Source: a virus (lineage: Duplodnaviria; Caudoviricetes). From it: a DNA stretch of 64,000 bases. A program made the translations under genes and the position numbers. Positions 1-9,564 of this stretch are shown piece by piece. The notes beneath the pieces are model-generated. The model did no database searches and had not been told where the DNA came from. It saw nothing but the letters and a program-made list of their open reading frames with translations. The stretch covers positions 32,001 through 96,000 of the IMG/VR virus record IMGVR_UViG_3300029288_000095. One strand, given 5' to 3'. Position 1 is the stretch's first letter. Each line of letters begins with the position of its first letter.

Positions 1-87
1 GCCGAATCGACGAATCCGTTTCTTTCTACGATTACCTCGTAAAGAAAAACTACGAGATCATTCTGATCGCGTAAAGGGAGAAATTGA

Positions 88-372
88 ATGATACAAGAAA
101 ATAAAGATTGGCTTAAAGATTATTATAGTAATCTTAAATATATAAACGAAAAAGCATATATTATTTCTACAATGGCATCATCTTTTTATAAGATTGGAAT
201 GGACTCGACAGGAGATCGATTGGGTTCTATCGCACAAGATTTGCTTGTTATAGAAGAATCCTTACGAGATATAATATCTGAAAAAATAGGCAAAGATTTT
301 AATCAGTCAATTGAGAATTCTAATAATATTCTTAAAACTGCATTTGCGGTTCTTGAAAAAAAGGTGAAATAG
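88..372 (+). CDS. hypothetical phage protein
   Basis: 94-aa ORF with RBS (AAGGGAG), part of dense + strand gene array. Confidence 0.7.
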   Translation: MIQENKDWLKDYYSNLKYINEKAYIISTMASSFYKIGMDSTGDRLGSIAQDLLVIEESLRDIISEKIGKDFNQSIENSNNILKTAFAVLEKKVK

Positions 373-399
373 AAAAAATGGTTATAGGATCGTAAACAA

Positions 400-618
400 A
401 TGAAAACAGTTTATCTTGTCACATACCAATTGCCGAAAGATCTGGTTGTCGGAGTCTATGAAGACGAAGACCAGGCTCAGAAACATTATGATGAAGTTCC
501 AGATAAAAGATGCCCGCTGCTTTATCCATGCCCTATTGATATGATAAAAAGGCAATCTGGATATTCAAAGCGGCTCGACAAGATCGTAAATAAATTATTG
601 AGGGAGAATAAAAAATGA
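400..618 (+). CDS. hypothetical phage protein
   Basis: ORF; ATGA-coupled to the next small ORF at 615. Confidence 0.65.
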   Translation: MKTVYLVTYQLPKDLVVGVYEDEDQAQKHYDEVPDKRCPLLYPCPIDMIKRQSGYSKRLDKIVNKLLRENKK

Positions 619-794
619 ACATTTTCAACAAAGACTTTCAGACGATTGAAGAAGGCGAAAAGCTTCTTGCTAAAGTTAGGGCGACCCGCGATCAGATGGG
701 CGGTGCTCTTTACTGGAATGTCGTCAACGCCGATATGCTTGAAATCGAACAGAAGCTTAACATGATGAAAATTGATAAGGAAATTAACAAATGA
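615..794 (+). CDS. small hypothetical protein (59 aa)
   Basis: Read manually (MNIFNKDFQ...); GGGAG RBS, ATGA overlaps at both ends. Confidence 0.55.
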   Translation: MNIFNKDFQTIEEGEKLLAKVRATRDQMGGALYWNVVNADMLEIEQKLNMMKIDKEINK

Positions 795-958
795 AAATCG
801 AAGTAGAATCAGAAGAACTTAAAAAGATCGCGAGGAATATTATTGATTGCAGTGGTGAACAGGATAAGATAATATGTCTCGCGGGTGACATAACTTTTAT
901 GGTATCCGTGGCGGAATCTAATGCTCGGGAAAGTATTGAAAAGGAGAATAAAAAATGA
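791..958 (+). CDS. small hypothetical protein
   Basis: Read manually (MKIEVESEE...); AAGGA RBS, ATGA coupling to 955. Confidence 0.55.
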   Translation: MKIEVESEELKKIARNIIDCSGEQDKIICLAGDITFMVSVAESNARESIEKENKK

Positions 959-1170
959 CTGAAGTAACACAAAAAAGATACAAGTCTTATGGCGGATGTG
1001 TCTATGATACAAAAGAGGAATGCGCCAGGGCTGATATGGAATATCAAATCCATAAGTTCGTGGAAACTATTTCGGTATATAGATCATGCGATGCCTGCGA
1101 TGTTTCTTCAGCTTTGATAAACAAAAAAGAAATATTATTGAAAATATACAACGGCGAACAGGTATATTGA
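955..1170 (+). CDS. hypothetical phage protein
   Basis: ORF with AAGGAG RBS. Confidence 0.65.
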   Translation: MTEVTQKRYKSYGGCVYDTKEECARADMEYQIHKFVETISVYRSCDACDVSSALINKKEILLKIYNGEQVY

Positions 1171-1172
1171 AA

Positions 1173-1523
1173 ATGAAGTGCGATTTATGCGGATTTGAAT
1201 CAATCTACATCCAGCAGTTCCGCCATCCAGATCATAAGAATGATAACTGGAATTCGGAAGACGGGTCTATGTCGGTGATCCACTGCCCGAAATGCGGGGA
1301 TAAGATACTACTGTATTTTTGTACAGTACCTAACCCGAAGAAGGAGAAGGCGCGAAAACATTTTTATGCGACATCTGATTGGGCTAAACCAACTCCACTG
1401 CCATTCCAATGGGCGATACATACGGATCCCATTGGTGTTCCAATGTCATTATACGCGGCTATGAAATCTATGTTTAAGCGGTGGAAGAAACAAGATGATA
1501 TAGACCTACCGCCGAACAAATAA
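1173..1523 (+). CDS. zinc-ribbon hypothetical protein
   Basis: CDLC...CPKC; likely start is ATG 1173 within track ORF 1086..1523. Confidence 0.6.
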   Translation: MKCDLCGFESIYIQQFRHPDHKNDNWNSEDGSMSVIHCPKCGDKILLYFCTVPNPKKEKARKHFYATSDWAKPTPLPFQWAIHTDPIGVPMSLYAAMKSMFKRWKKQDDIDLPPNK

Positions 1524-1526
1524 TGC

Positions 1527-1554
1527 TTGACTTTTTCTGGATATATATTATATT
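1527..1554 (+). promoter_or_regulatory. sigma70-like early promoter
   Basis: TTGACT-N16-TATATT; near-identical copies at 1968 and 23982(-). Confidence 0.75.
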
Positions 1555-1600
1555 ATATAAATACGATAGTTAATTAATAACATCATATAGGAAATTACAA

Positions 1601-1912
1601 ATGATAAGAATTTTCAAAGAAACTGAAGATTTTAAAGCAAACCATGCCGCCGAGCAATGGTGTTCAGAAAATGGATATTCAGTAGGTATAATGCAAGGTA
1701 ATTTACCACGTGGAATTAAAAATGGAAATTTTAGTATTGCTAAATGGTCCAATCTTGATAATTTTGAAAAAAGACAACTTGATGGTGTAATGACGGGTAA
1801 TTTTCGTAATGGGCCGATAACTATAAAAATCAATATCTTATGCGATCAATGTGACTTTGATGATGCTAGCGAATGCGGTATGGATAAATCTCCGTTGCGC
1901 CAATGCCTCTGA
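1601..1912 (+). CDS. hypothetical phage protein
   Basis: ORF after promoter with RBS. Confidence 0.7.
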   Translation: MIRIFKETEDFKANHAAEQWCSENGYSVGIMQGNLPRGIKNGNFSIAKWSNLDNFEKRQLDGVMTGNFRNGPITIKINILCDQCDFDDASECGMDKSPLRQCL

Positions 1913-1967
1913 GATATATTGATGTGGAAGGATAAAAAAGTCTATATCTGTTCGCAGAACAAAGCGC

Positions 1968-1995
1968 TTGACTTTTTCTGGATATGTATTATATT
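1968..1995 (+). promoter_or_regulatory. sigma70-like early promoter
   Basis: TTGACT-N16-TATATT. Confidence 0.75.
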
Positions 1996-2029
1996 ATAAG
2001 TGTGGTAACGAAAACGAAGGAGCTTTAGA

Positions 2030-2242
2030 ATGCAAAAGAACATTTCCATTTCATCAACGGTGATGATCAATGCTGAAGAAAAGCGCGAAGTGATTACGCT
2101 GACGCACAAGGTAGACGGAAAGTATACCTACATAACGGATTCAAACGCGCCGTGTACCAAGGAACATGTGGAAGCGCATACGCCCGAAGAAGCTTTGAAG
2201 AACCATGACGCGATGCTTACCATCGCCGCGATGCACGAATAA
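2030..2242 (+). CDS. hypothetical phage protein
   Basis: AAGGAG RBS after promoter. Confidence 0.7.
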   Translation: MQKNISISSTVMINAEEKREVITLTHKVDGKYTYITDSNAPCTKEHVEAHTPEEALKNHDAMLTIAAMHE

Positions 2243-2250
2243 AGGGGTGG

Positions 2251-2532
2251 TTGAAAATGTGCAATATAACTGGGTTGATGTGCGATTGTGGAACTGTTCT
2301 TGAAACACATATCGGTGATTTCAGCGTTGAACCTGAAAAAATAAAAGCATTCTGTCCTAAATGTAAACAAAAAGCATTAAAATATATTCTTAAATTTGAT
2401 AAGCAACTTATTGTTTTTGCAAGCGAAGGATGTTTGTTCATGGTGGAACTTCCAAGAAGTATCGCGCTTAACGGCGGTAAAGAATGTATACAATATAAAA
2501 ATTCGGTACGAAACAAAAGGAGTAAAAAATGA
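2251..2532 (+). CDS. Cys-rich (zinc ribbon) hypothetical protein
   Basis: CDCG...CPKC. Confidence 0.6.
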   Translation: MKMCNITGLMCDCGTVLETHIGDFSVEPEKIKAFCPKCKQKALKYILKFDKQLIVFASEGCLFMVELPRSIALNGGKECIQYKNSVRNKRSKK

Positions 2533-2822
2533 TTTGGAGCGTCAAAGATATCGGGATAAACAGCCCCGCGCAGAAAGCGCTGTACCATATGCGCCGAACG
2601 TTCGTCAGATCCATACGGCGCATGAAGCAGACGAAGCGCAGAATGATGGCAAGAAAGAACAAGGCGGTGTGATATGATCGTTGTAATAAAAAACAAAGAA
2701 TGCCATGAAGCATGGCAAAATTATTTCAAAACTTTTCCTGGTCTTTCTACTCCGACAAATCTGTGTGACGCATGGTTCAAGCAATTGAAAAACGAATATC
2801 CGCCATATAAGGATGAATCAAA

Positions 2823-3101
2823 ATGAAATCAGAAAGAAAAAAATACATAGTTTATATCGAAAACGGTAAAGTTGATCATTCACATGAAGCCGAAGAATCA
2901 TACGCCTTTGAAGATAAAGAGATCAGCAGATTCAAACTTTTGTTGGCTATTATAACCGACAACCACTTTGCGCGGTATATGGCGGATGTACTCAGATATG
3001 CTATTCGTCATTATGAATCATATCGCGGAAATGGTGCGGCGGACGTAGTTCTATTCCAAGTATCAAAAAAATATAACAAAATATGGAAAGACAAAAAATG
3101 A
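2823..3101 (+). CDS. hypothetical phage protein
   Basis: ORF with RBS. Confidence 0.65.
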   Translation: MKSERKKYIVYIENGKVDHSHEAEESYAFEDKEISRFKLLLAIITDNHFARYMADVLRYAIRHYESYRGNGAADVVLFQVSKKYNKIWKDKK

Positions 3102-3298
3102 AGTCAGAAAACGGAATCGTAATCGGCGACCTGGAATTCATGGACTACGGCGATTATACATATACGTATGACGCCGCGCAAGATGCATACTACAAGCAGC
3201 GTATCGGGTCTGATACGCTGTATGATTCTGATGAAGAAGAATTTGAATACATTGACGAAAAGCTTTCGGAACTTTTCGCGGCGGCAAAGATATCATGA
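3098..3298 (+). CDS. acidic hypothetical protein
   Basis: ATGA-coupled ORF (track 3083..3298). Confidence 0.6.
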   Translation: MKSENGIVIGDLEFMDYGDYTYTYDAAQDAYYKQRIGSDTLYDSDEEEFEYIDEKLSELFAAAKIS

Positions 3299-3489
3299 AA
3301 AAGAACTTTGGTATAAAAATCGGCGAAACATATCGGCTGAAATCAAGCCCGACATACAGCTACGTTAAGGTAGTAGCTATCGACGAAAAGAAAACGCCGA
3401 AGCTTGCAAAATGTGAACATACAGTGTATAAAGGTGATCTGGTCGGTTTCATCCGATGGTTCAAACTATCTGATCTAAAGAAGGAGTAA
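3295..3489 (+). CDS. small hypothetical protein
   Basis: ATGA-coupled ORF. Confidence 0.6.
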   Translation: MKKNFGIKIGETYRLKSSPTYSYVKVVAIDEKKTPKLAKCEHTVYKGDLVGFIRWFKLSDLKKE

Positions 3490-3493
3490 GAAA

Positions 3494-3706
3494 ATGGATG
3501 TTGAAAATTCAGATCAAATTTATCCACTTATTTACGATATCGATGATATGGGCGAAGATATTATGGCCGCTTACGACGAAAAAGAACTTGCAGAAGAACG
3601 GCTTGCCGCCGATAAACGCTTTGAAGAGTTTATCAATACTAAGCCGTGTACATGCACTGGCGATGAAGTATGCCAAAGCTGCCTTGAAAAATACGTGGTA
3701 AAATAA
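3494..3706 (+). CDS. hypothetical protein with C-terminal Cys motif
   Basis: AAGGAGT RBS. Confidence 0.65.
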   Translation: MDVENSDQIYPLIYDIDDMGEDIMAAYDEKELAEERLAADKRFEEFINTKPCTCTGDEVCQSCLEKYVVK

Positions 3707-3708
3707 GC

Positions 3709-3737
3709 TTGACTTTTTATGGATTTATGATTATAAT
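3709..3737 (+). promoter_or_regulatory. sigma70-like early promoter
   Basis: TTGACT-N17-TATAAT. Confidence 0.8.
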
Positions 3738-3766
3738 ATAAAAGACCGCATAACAGCGGTGGAGGA

Positions 3767-4012
3767 GTGGTAACAATGTACGTTCAATGTGGCAAAGACT
3801 ATAAGCTTGTAACTGAAGCGCGGATAGAACCAACACAGAATTGGGATAACTGCAAATATATAATCCGATTTTATTATTTTTCATGGAATGATGGTCAGCT
3901 CGTTCGGCATTCGTATATGTCTGAACTGTTTGATTCTGAATTAAAAGCAGAAGCGGCTTTATCCACTGCGATAAAGAATAATTCTATTTATTACATTCGC
4001 GGAAATTCCTGA
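3767..4012 (+). CDS. hypothetical phage protein
   Basis: GGAGGAG RBS; start may be ATG 3776. Confidence 0.65.
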   Translation: MVTMYVQCGKDYKLVTEARIEPTQNWDNCKYIIRFYYFSWNDGQLVRHSYMSELFDSELKAEAALSTAIKNNSIYYIRGNS

Positions 4013-4029
4013 CGACAAGGAGTAAGAAA

Positions 4030-4287
4030 ATGAAAATCATAACAATCTTTGGACAAAGAAAAGAATCATATCCAGGTGAATACGCACCTGAACTGATCGA
4101 CGCTGTTGATGAATGTGCGGATATCGACAACGGAAAATACATGCAAGATGAAATGGAAAAAGCGCATAAGCTTGTCGCCGATGGGGAATTTTCATTTGTT
4201 CGCAGAATGGAATTTGATATCGACGATAAAGAATTTGATAAAGCATTCTACGGCGAAACGATAAAAGCAAAGGTTATCAAGGAGTAA
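4030..4287 (+). CDS. hypothetical phage protein
   Basis: AAGGAGT RBS. Confidence 0.7.
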   Translation: MKIITIFGQRKESYPGEYAPELIDAVDECADIDNGKYMQDEMEKAHKLVADGEFSFVRRMEFDIDDKEFDKAFYGETIKAKVIKE

Positions 4288-4291
4288 CACA

Positions 4292-4579
4292 ATGAAAGCA
4301 ATGATCGACTATGTAAAAGACGGTCGGGTATTTATCCGCGTACATGCCTTGAACAAGCGGGAAAAATGTCTGCTTACGCTTTTTAGCGAGCAGTGTAACA
4401 ATAGGAAATATCTTCCAGAAGAAATCAGCGGTAACGCCGGATACGTGAACGTAAGATTCAACGGCGAATGCGGAACAGCTTCGGGACTTGATAGGCTAGA
4501 CGCAATGTGTATTGAAGCGCCGTTTGTTCCGCCGGCACCAGCCAAGAAAAGTTTCTTTGAACGTATTTTTGGCAAATAA
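4292..4579 (+). CDS. hypothetical phage protein
   Basis: AAGGAGT RBS. Confidence 0.7.
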   Translation: MKAMIDYVKDGRVFIRVHALNKREKCLLTLFSEQCNNRKYLPEEISGNAGYVNVRFNGECGTASGLDRLDAMCIEAPFVPPAPAKKSFFERIFGK

Positions 4580-4592
4580 AAGGAGTAACAAA

Positions 4593-4808
4593 ATGTTTAT
4601 ACCGCTTTCACAAGAATCTAATTCGGAATGGATTGAAACAGACGATATATCTTATATTGGTAAGATTCTTGATACAAACAGCCCACACTGCCATTTCAAG
4701 ATCATCTACAAATCGAAATATTCCGACGATCTTTATTTCAATTCAAAGTTTGCTGCTGAATATGCTCGTGCTGAAATCATAAAAATAAAAACGGGGAGTA
4801 ACAAATGA
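4593..4808 (+). CDS. hypothetical phage protein
   Basis: AAGGAGT RBS before ATG 4593 (track 4512..4808). Confidence 0.65.
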   Translation: MFIPLSQESNSEWIETDDISYIGKILDTNSPHCHFKIIYKSKYSDDLYFNSKFAAEYARAEIIKIKTGSNK

Positions 4809-5233
4809 AATACCAAATCACAGAAGAAGACGCGAAGAAGATGTGCGTGGCGTTATATTCCATGATAGATGCCGTTTACGGTCAAGCAGAACATGATATC
4901 GGAAATGGCGATGGGCTTACGGTCGAAGAATGTAAACTTATAAAAGAAATACTCGCCAAGCATCCGCAAGGAAATATCTGGCAGAATGTCGGGCATCAGC
5001 CGAATATGATTGAAATCGTTAAGGAAAAAAAAGAATATCCATACATGCACCTTGAACCAGGTTCCAATGAAGACAACATTGTCAATTTCTGCAACAAATG
5101 CGAAAACAAAATAAAAAACCAGATTCATAGATGCTTCAGGTGCAAGAAGTTTTATAAGCACGGCGATCAGCATCCAGACCTTGAAATGAATTTCATCCCC
5201 AAGGAACAAGGGATATCCGATCTACGGGATTAA
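4805..5233 (+). CDS. hypothetical protein with C-terminal CxxC...CxxC
   Basis: ORF with GGGGAGT RBS. Confidence 0.7.
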   Translation: MKYQITEEDAKKMCVALYSMIDAVYGQAEHDIGNGDGLTVEECKLIKEILAKHPQGNIWQNVGHQPNMIEIVKEKKEYPYMHLEPGSNEDNIVNFCNKCENKIKNQIHRCFRCKKFYKHGDQHPDLEMNFIPKEQGISDLRD

Positions 5234-5238
5234 AAAAA

Positions 5239-5484
5239 ATGAAAGACTTAATACCAATAAGAGACGCAGTTCGGGTTTCATTCGCATTCGCAGTAAGGCA
5301 TTACCCGTGCTTTTCTTTGGAATATTCTGATAAGCTACATGATCAGATATTAAACAAAAAGTATATCGGCAGGTATGATATCCATACACCCATCGGCGAT
5401 ATCTTTGCCGTTGTATGCCAAGCGCACGGTATTTTTGACGATCAGTATTACGATCTCGCAAAAGAATATTTCTTTAACGCATAA
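5239..5484 (+). CDS. hypothetical phage protein
   Basis: ORF in array. Confidence 0.6.
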   Translation: MKDLIPIRDAVRVSFAFAVRHYPCFSLEYSDKLHDQILNKKYIGRYDIHTPIGDIFAVVCQAHGIFDDQYYDLAKEYFFNA

Positions 5485-5496
5485 AGGAGTTAAATC

Positions 5497-5745
5497 ATGA
5501 ACATCGAAAAAATTAAACACGGTTCTTTTTACAAGATGAAAGATGGCGGCGTTGTTTTTATTCGTCCAACGTCAACATCTTGGAAAGATTTCGCCATGGG
5601 TGTTTATATAATAAACGCCGAAAAAACACAAAGCGTCTATGGAAATCCGTTCATACCCACAGAAACGCGCATGGCTGGCGAAGAATACGGGATATCAATC
5701 AATCACATAGAATGCGAAGTAGAAATAGAAACTAAGGAAAAGTAA
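5497..5745 (+). CDS. hypothetical phage protein
   Basis: AAGGAGT RBS. Confidence 0.65.
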   Translation: MNIEKIKHGSFYKMKDGGVVFIRPTSTSWKDFAMGVYIINAEKTQSVYGNPFIPTETRMAGEEYGISINHIECEVEIETKEK

Positions 5746-6176
5746 TGCAAACATTTTTACCACATATGAATCTTGTTAAAGCTATCAGTATGCTTGACAA
5801 CAAACGTCTTGGTAAGCAGCGCGTTGAAGCAATCCAGATCGCTTCATGCCTCTTGGAAAAGGAAACAAGATGGAAGAACCATCCGGCGGTTCTTATGTGG
5901 AAAGGATATGAAGAATATTTAGTTGTATGGTATCTCTATACAGCCATAAGAACGTATGAAATGAGGGGATTCAAAAATGAAAAATGCTATGAACATTTTT
6001 ACAGATTAAGTGAAAAAGTAAAGCCGCAAAAATTATTAGGTAATATTATTTTTGGCATGGTGTGTTTTTTAGCATATGCATGGTTATTTGGATGGGTTGG
6101 TTATCGATTAGGATATGATAAAGCGTTAGAAAAACCCAAGCGCAAGCCGCGCAAGCGTAAACCGGTGAAGGGGTGA
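5745..6176 (+). CDS. pyrimidine-dimer DNA glycosylase / MSMEG_6728-like N-terminus fused to TM helix and basic tail
   Basis: MQTFLP...LDNKRLGKQRVEAIQI...NHPAVLMWKGYE signature; C-terminus is a hydrophobic segment plus KPKRKPRK. Confidence 0.65.
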   Translation: MQTFLPHMNLVKAISMLDNKRLGKQRVEAIQIASCLLEKETRWKNHPAVLMWKGYEEYLVVWYLYTAIRTYEMRGFKNEKCYEHFYRLSEKVKPQKLLGNIIFGMVCFLAYAWLFGWVGYRLGYDKALEKPKRKPRKRKPVKG

Positions 6177-6179
6177 CAC

Positions 6180-6500
6180 ATGTCCATTCTTAATGAAAAA
6201 GATATTAAAAGCATGAGTTTGGAAAGAAAAAAAGAATACTGCGATTGGTGTTCATACCATTTTGGCGGACATTGTAATAAATGTTCACTATATGATTTTA
6301 AGAAATCAAGAATAACTGATTATGAAAAATTCAAAGCACTTGAAGATGCTATTGAAATGTTGGAATCTAAAGAACACAATTTTGATGTTTGCGGAAATTA
6401 CAAAAAAGCACGACATTATTTAGCTGAAGAACTTAGAAAAAAACTTGTAAAAAGTATATATTACACCGCCGCCCAGTCAGCGGTGAAGGTGGAAGAATGA
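6180..6500 (+). CDS. Cys-rich hypothetical protein
   Basis: CDWC...CNKC. Confidence 0.6.
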   Translation: MSILNEKDIKSMSLERKKEYCDWCSYHFGGHCNKCSLYDFKKSRITDYEKFKALEDAIEMLESKEHNFDVCGNYKKARHYLAEELRKKLVKSIYYTAAQSAVKVEE

Positions 6501-6673
6501 ATACGAAATACATATGCAATCAATGTGAATCACCATGCTATTCAGATTGTCCAAATGACGAAACGCCGGAGTGTTGTGAAGATACTGCGATATGGGAAAG
6601 ACAATCAGTGTCAGAAAAACCAAAGCGCAATCCGCTTAAACGTAAGTCAGCGATGAAGGGGGATGCAGAATGA
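6497..6673 (+). CDS. small Cys-rich protein with KPKRNPLKRK tail
   Basis: Read manually (MNTKYICNQC...); ATGA-coupled at both ends. Confidence 0.6.
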   Translation: MNTKYICNQCESPCYSDCPNDETPECCEDTAIWERQSVSEKPKRNPLKRKSAMKGDAE

Positions 6674-6840
6674 AAATGAAATACCACATTGACGATGCAT
6701 TTGGAGTAAGATGGGCGTCTTTCTTAAATAAGGATGAGCGCGATAGTTGCTTAGAACATCTTGTAGAAAACAATGAAGACTGTACTTACGTTCCAATCGA
6801 CGAAAAACCAAAGCGCAAGACGCGCAAGGAGAAGAAATAA
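6670..6840 (+). CDS. small protein with KPKRKTRK tail
   Basis: Read manually (MKMKYHIDDA...). Confidence 0.55.
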   Translation: MKMKYHIDDAFGVRWASFLNKDERDSCLEHLVENNEDCTYVPIDEKPKRKTRKEKK

Positions 6841-6841
6841 C

Positions 6842-7030
6842 ATGGAATGTCCTGAATGCAAACACGAACTTATACACCACGATATATTCGGTAGATTGTT
6901 TCAACATCAAGACGGTAAAGTTTTAGGTGATATATACATATGCGAAAATGAACAATGTACACGATTTGAAGATTTTTTTTATACATATCGAAATAACGAA
7001 AGTGAACTTCATGAAGGATATCCATGTTAA
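6842..7030 (+). CDS. zinc-ribbon protein
   Basis: MECPEC...CENEQC; track 6773..7030. Confidence 0.6.
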   Translation: MECPECKHELIHHDIFGRLFQHQDGKVLGDIYICENEQCTRFEDFFYTYRNNESELHEGYPC

Positions 7031-7059
7031 ACACGGAATTAGTATAAGGATAAAAAATA

Positions 7060-7260
7060 ATGCAAGAAGTAAAATCAATAAAAGATATTGGTCTTGGCGG
7101 AGAATTATGCGAATATTGTCCTCTTGACAAAAAAGGTGTATATTCTACTCCTAGTGGAATTTCAGCAGGATGTGAAGGATCGCACTGCGATAGGGCTTAT
7201 GATATTTATCTTGAACATTTGATAGAACTAGAAGAAAGTGGATCTGAAAATGGCGAATAA
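7060..7260 (+). CDS. Cys-rich hypothetical protein
   Basis: LCEYCP...CEGSHC. Confidence 0.6.
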   Translation: MQEVKSIKDIGLGGELCEYCPLDKKGVYSTPSGISAGCEGSHCDRAYDIYLEHLIELEESGSENGE

Positions 7261-7398
7261 CGAAACGGCAATATTAATTTCAATAATTTCGATTGTGATC
7301 ACGGTCGCGAATGTTATATTTACTATAATTAGAAAAATTATCGGGTAATAAAATTATTATTCCCTAAATCGATTATTTAGTTGATAATTATGTAATAT

Positions 7399-8571
7399 GT
7401 GTATCACTGTTTTTTAAGTGGTGCAATATCAACTAAGGAAAAAACTATGATCGGCATAGGGGATTATATACCCACATCAGAAGAAATAAATGCTATTAAA
7501 ACAGTAATTGAAAGCGGTAGAATAAGCGAAGGGAAGTATACACGCGAGTTTGAAAAAAGATGGTCTGAATATATCGGTAAAAAATATACTGTTGCATGCA
7601 ACTCTGGTACCTCGGCGCTCATGCTCGCGCTAACAGCTATGCGTATGAAATACAGAAAAGGTTATGTATTAACTACGGCATTGTCATATGTAGCAACATC
7701 TAATGCAATAATAACTAGCGGTCTTTCAGCTTTGTTTGTTGATATCGATAGCACAACATTTGGAATAACGGCAGAGAATGTAATGGCGGCGCTCAATCGG
7801 TATCATTATAAAGATATAGTCGGTATTTTACCTGTACACCTATTTGGTATAAAATGCGATATAGATAAAATAAAAGAGATCGCAGATAAAAAAGGTTTGT
7901 GGCTAATTGAAGATTGTTCTCAGGCGCATGGTACTGTAGGAACAGCGAAGCATGGTATATGTTCTACATACTCGTTTTATTGTGCACATAATATACAAGC
8001 TGGAGAACTTGGCGCTATTGTTTCTGACAACGAGAGCCTAGTGTCTATTATGCGAAAACTTAAAAGCAACGGGAGATCATGCGCGTGTAATGTTTGTACA
8101 CGTAAAAATGGAACGTGCCCTGATAACAAATCAAGATTCAATCACGAACTTATTGGTTATAATTTTAGGACTAATGAATTTGCCACAGCTATAGCAAATG
8201 AACAATTGAAAAAAGCAAATTATATATTTTCGGAACGTGAAAAAAATGTAAAATATTTTATTTCAATGCTTTCAGATATTAAAAAAATTCAGTTGCCATC
8301 GCATGTTGACGGAACAAGTTATATGGCTTTCCCGATTATCTGCAAGGGTATTGATCGTGACGAAGTTTGTAGAAAAATAGAAAGCATGGGTGTTGAAACT
8401 CGTCCGATATTCGGGTCTATACCTTTGCAACCGGCGTATAATATTTATAACGCCGAAACACCAACAGCCGATAGCATTGCAAAAAATGGTTTTTATGTTG
8501 GATGTCATCAATATCTTACTGATGATGATAAAGTAAAAATAATTAATTCTATAAGGAGCGCTTGTGAATAA
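7399..8571 (+). CDS. DegT/DnrJ/EryC1/StrS family enzyme, E1(RfbH)/ColD-like 3-dehydratase type
   Basis: NSGTSAL, PVHLFG, IEDCSQAHG; SFYCAH has His at the PLP-lysine position; Cys-rich GRSCACNVC...C insert; probable start 7447. Confidence 0.8.
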   Translation: MYHCFLSGAISTKEKTMIGIGDYIPTSEEINAIKTVIESGRISEGKYTREFEKRWSEYIGKKYTVACNSGTSALMLALTAMRMKYRKGYVLTTALSYVATSNAIITSGLSALFVDIDSTTFGITAENVMAALNRYHYKDIVGILPVHLFGIKCDIDKIKEIADKKGLWLIEDCSQAHGTVGTAKHGICSTYSFYCAHNIQAGELGAIVSDNESLVSIMRKLKSNGRSCACNVCTRKNGTCPDNKSRFNHELIGYNFRTNEFATAIANEQLKKANYIFSEREKNVKYFISMLSDIKKIQLPSHVDGTSYMAFPIICKGIDRDEVCRKIESMGVETRPIFGSIPLQPAYNIYNAETPTADSIAKNGFYVGCHQYLTDDDKVKIINSIRSACE

Positions 8572-9493
8572 ATATTCGAGGATATTTGTAGCTGGCCATA
8601 ATGGAATGTTAGGAAGTGCAATTGTAAAATCACTAACAGTTTCTAACTATAATAATTTAGTTTTGAAATCAAGAAGTGAAGTTGATCTATTTAATGGCGA
8701 ACAAGTTAACGATTTATTTAGAAAAAATGATATTGAATATGTTTTTATTTCCGCAGCCAAAGTGGGCGGAATAAAGGCCAACATGGCAGATAAATATAAA
8801 TTTCTTGTTGATAATATAAAAATACAAAATAATATTATAGAATCTGCATATAAATATCGAGTAAAAAAAATATGTTTCGTGGGTAGTTCATGCATGTATC
8901 CGGCAAAATGCGAACAGCCAATGAAAGAAGAATATTTGCTATCTGGAAAGTTAGAAATAACGAATGAAGGTTACGCTCTTGCGAAAATAATAGGCATGAA
9001 GCAAATAGAATATCTAAAAAAAGAATATGGTCTTAATGGAATCACTGTCATACCGTGTAACCTATATGGTTCAAATGATTGTTTTGATGAAAACCGTTCG
9101 CACGTGCTCCAAGCACTCGTGAAAAAAATTGTAGATGCTTATTATAACAAGGATGAACATATAATTGCATGGGGCGATGGGTCACCCAAGCGCGAAATGA
9201 TGCATGTTGATGATTGTGCCAACGCAATCGTGAATGCCATGGTAAAATATGAAAGTGATATTCCATTAAATATTGGTACAGGTGTTGAATATTCAATAAA
9301 TGAATTCATTGAAATAATATGCAAGTGTGTTGGATACACTGGTAAAATAATATATGATAAGTCCATGCCTAATGGTATGATGAGAAAATGCATGGACGTG
9401 TCGCGGATGAAGTCACTCGGATATGAACCGAAAATAGATATAAATGAAGGCATAGATAAATTAATAAAAGAATACATTTCTATCCGTAAATAA
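8564..9493 (+). CDS. fcl: GDP-L-fucose synthase (epimerase/reductase; Fcl/ColC-like)
   Basis: AGHNGMLGSA, AAKVGGI, GSSCMYP, TNEGYALAK, PCNLYG, SHVLQAL, WGDGSPKRE. Confidence 0.9.
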   Translation: MNKYSRIFVAGHNGMLGSAIVKSLTVSNYNNLVLKSRSEVDLFNGEQVNDLFRKNDIEYVFISAAKVGGIKANMADKYKFLVDNIKIQNNIIESAYKYRVKKICFVGSSCMYPAKCEQPMKEEYLLSGKLEITNEGYALAKIIGMKQIEYLKKEYGLNGITVIPCNLYGSNDCFDENRSHVLQALVKKIVDAYYNKDEHIIAWGDGSPKREMMHVDDCANAIVNAMVKYESDIPLNIGTGVEYSINEFIEIICKCVGYTGKIIYDKSMPNGMMRKCMDVSRMKSLGYEPKIDINEGIDKLIKEYISIRK

Positions 9494-9516
9494 TATTTTT
9501 TAACTCCTGCCGGCTA

Positions 9517-9544
9517 TTGACATTTTATTTTTTAAGTGTATAAT
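9517..9544 (+). promoter_or_regulatory. sigma70-like promoter
   Basis: TTGACA-N16-TATAAT followed by AAGGAGT RBS. Confidence 0.75.
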
Positions 9545-9564
9545 GCGGTAAGGAGTTAACAAAT

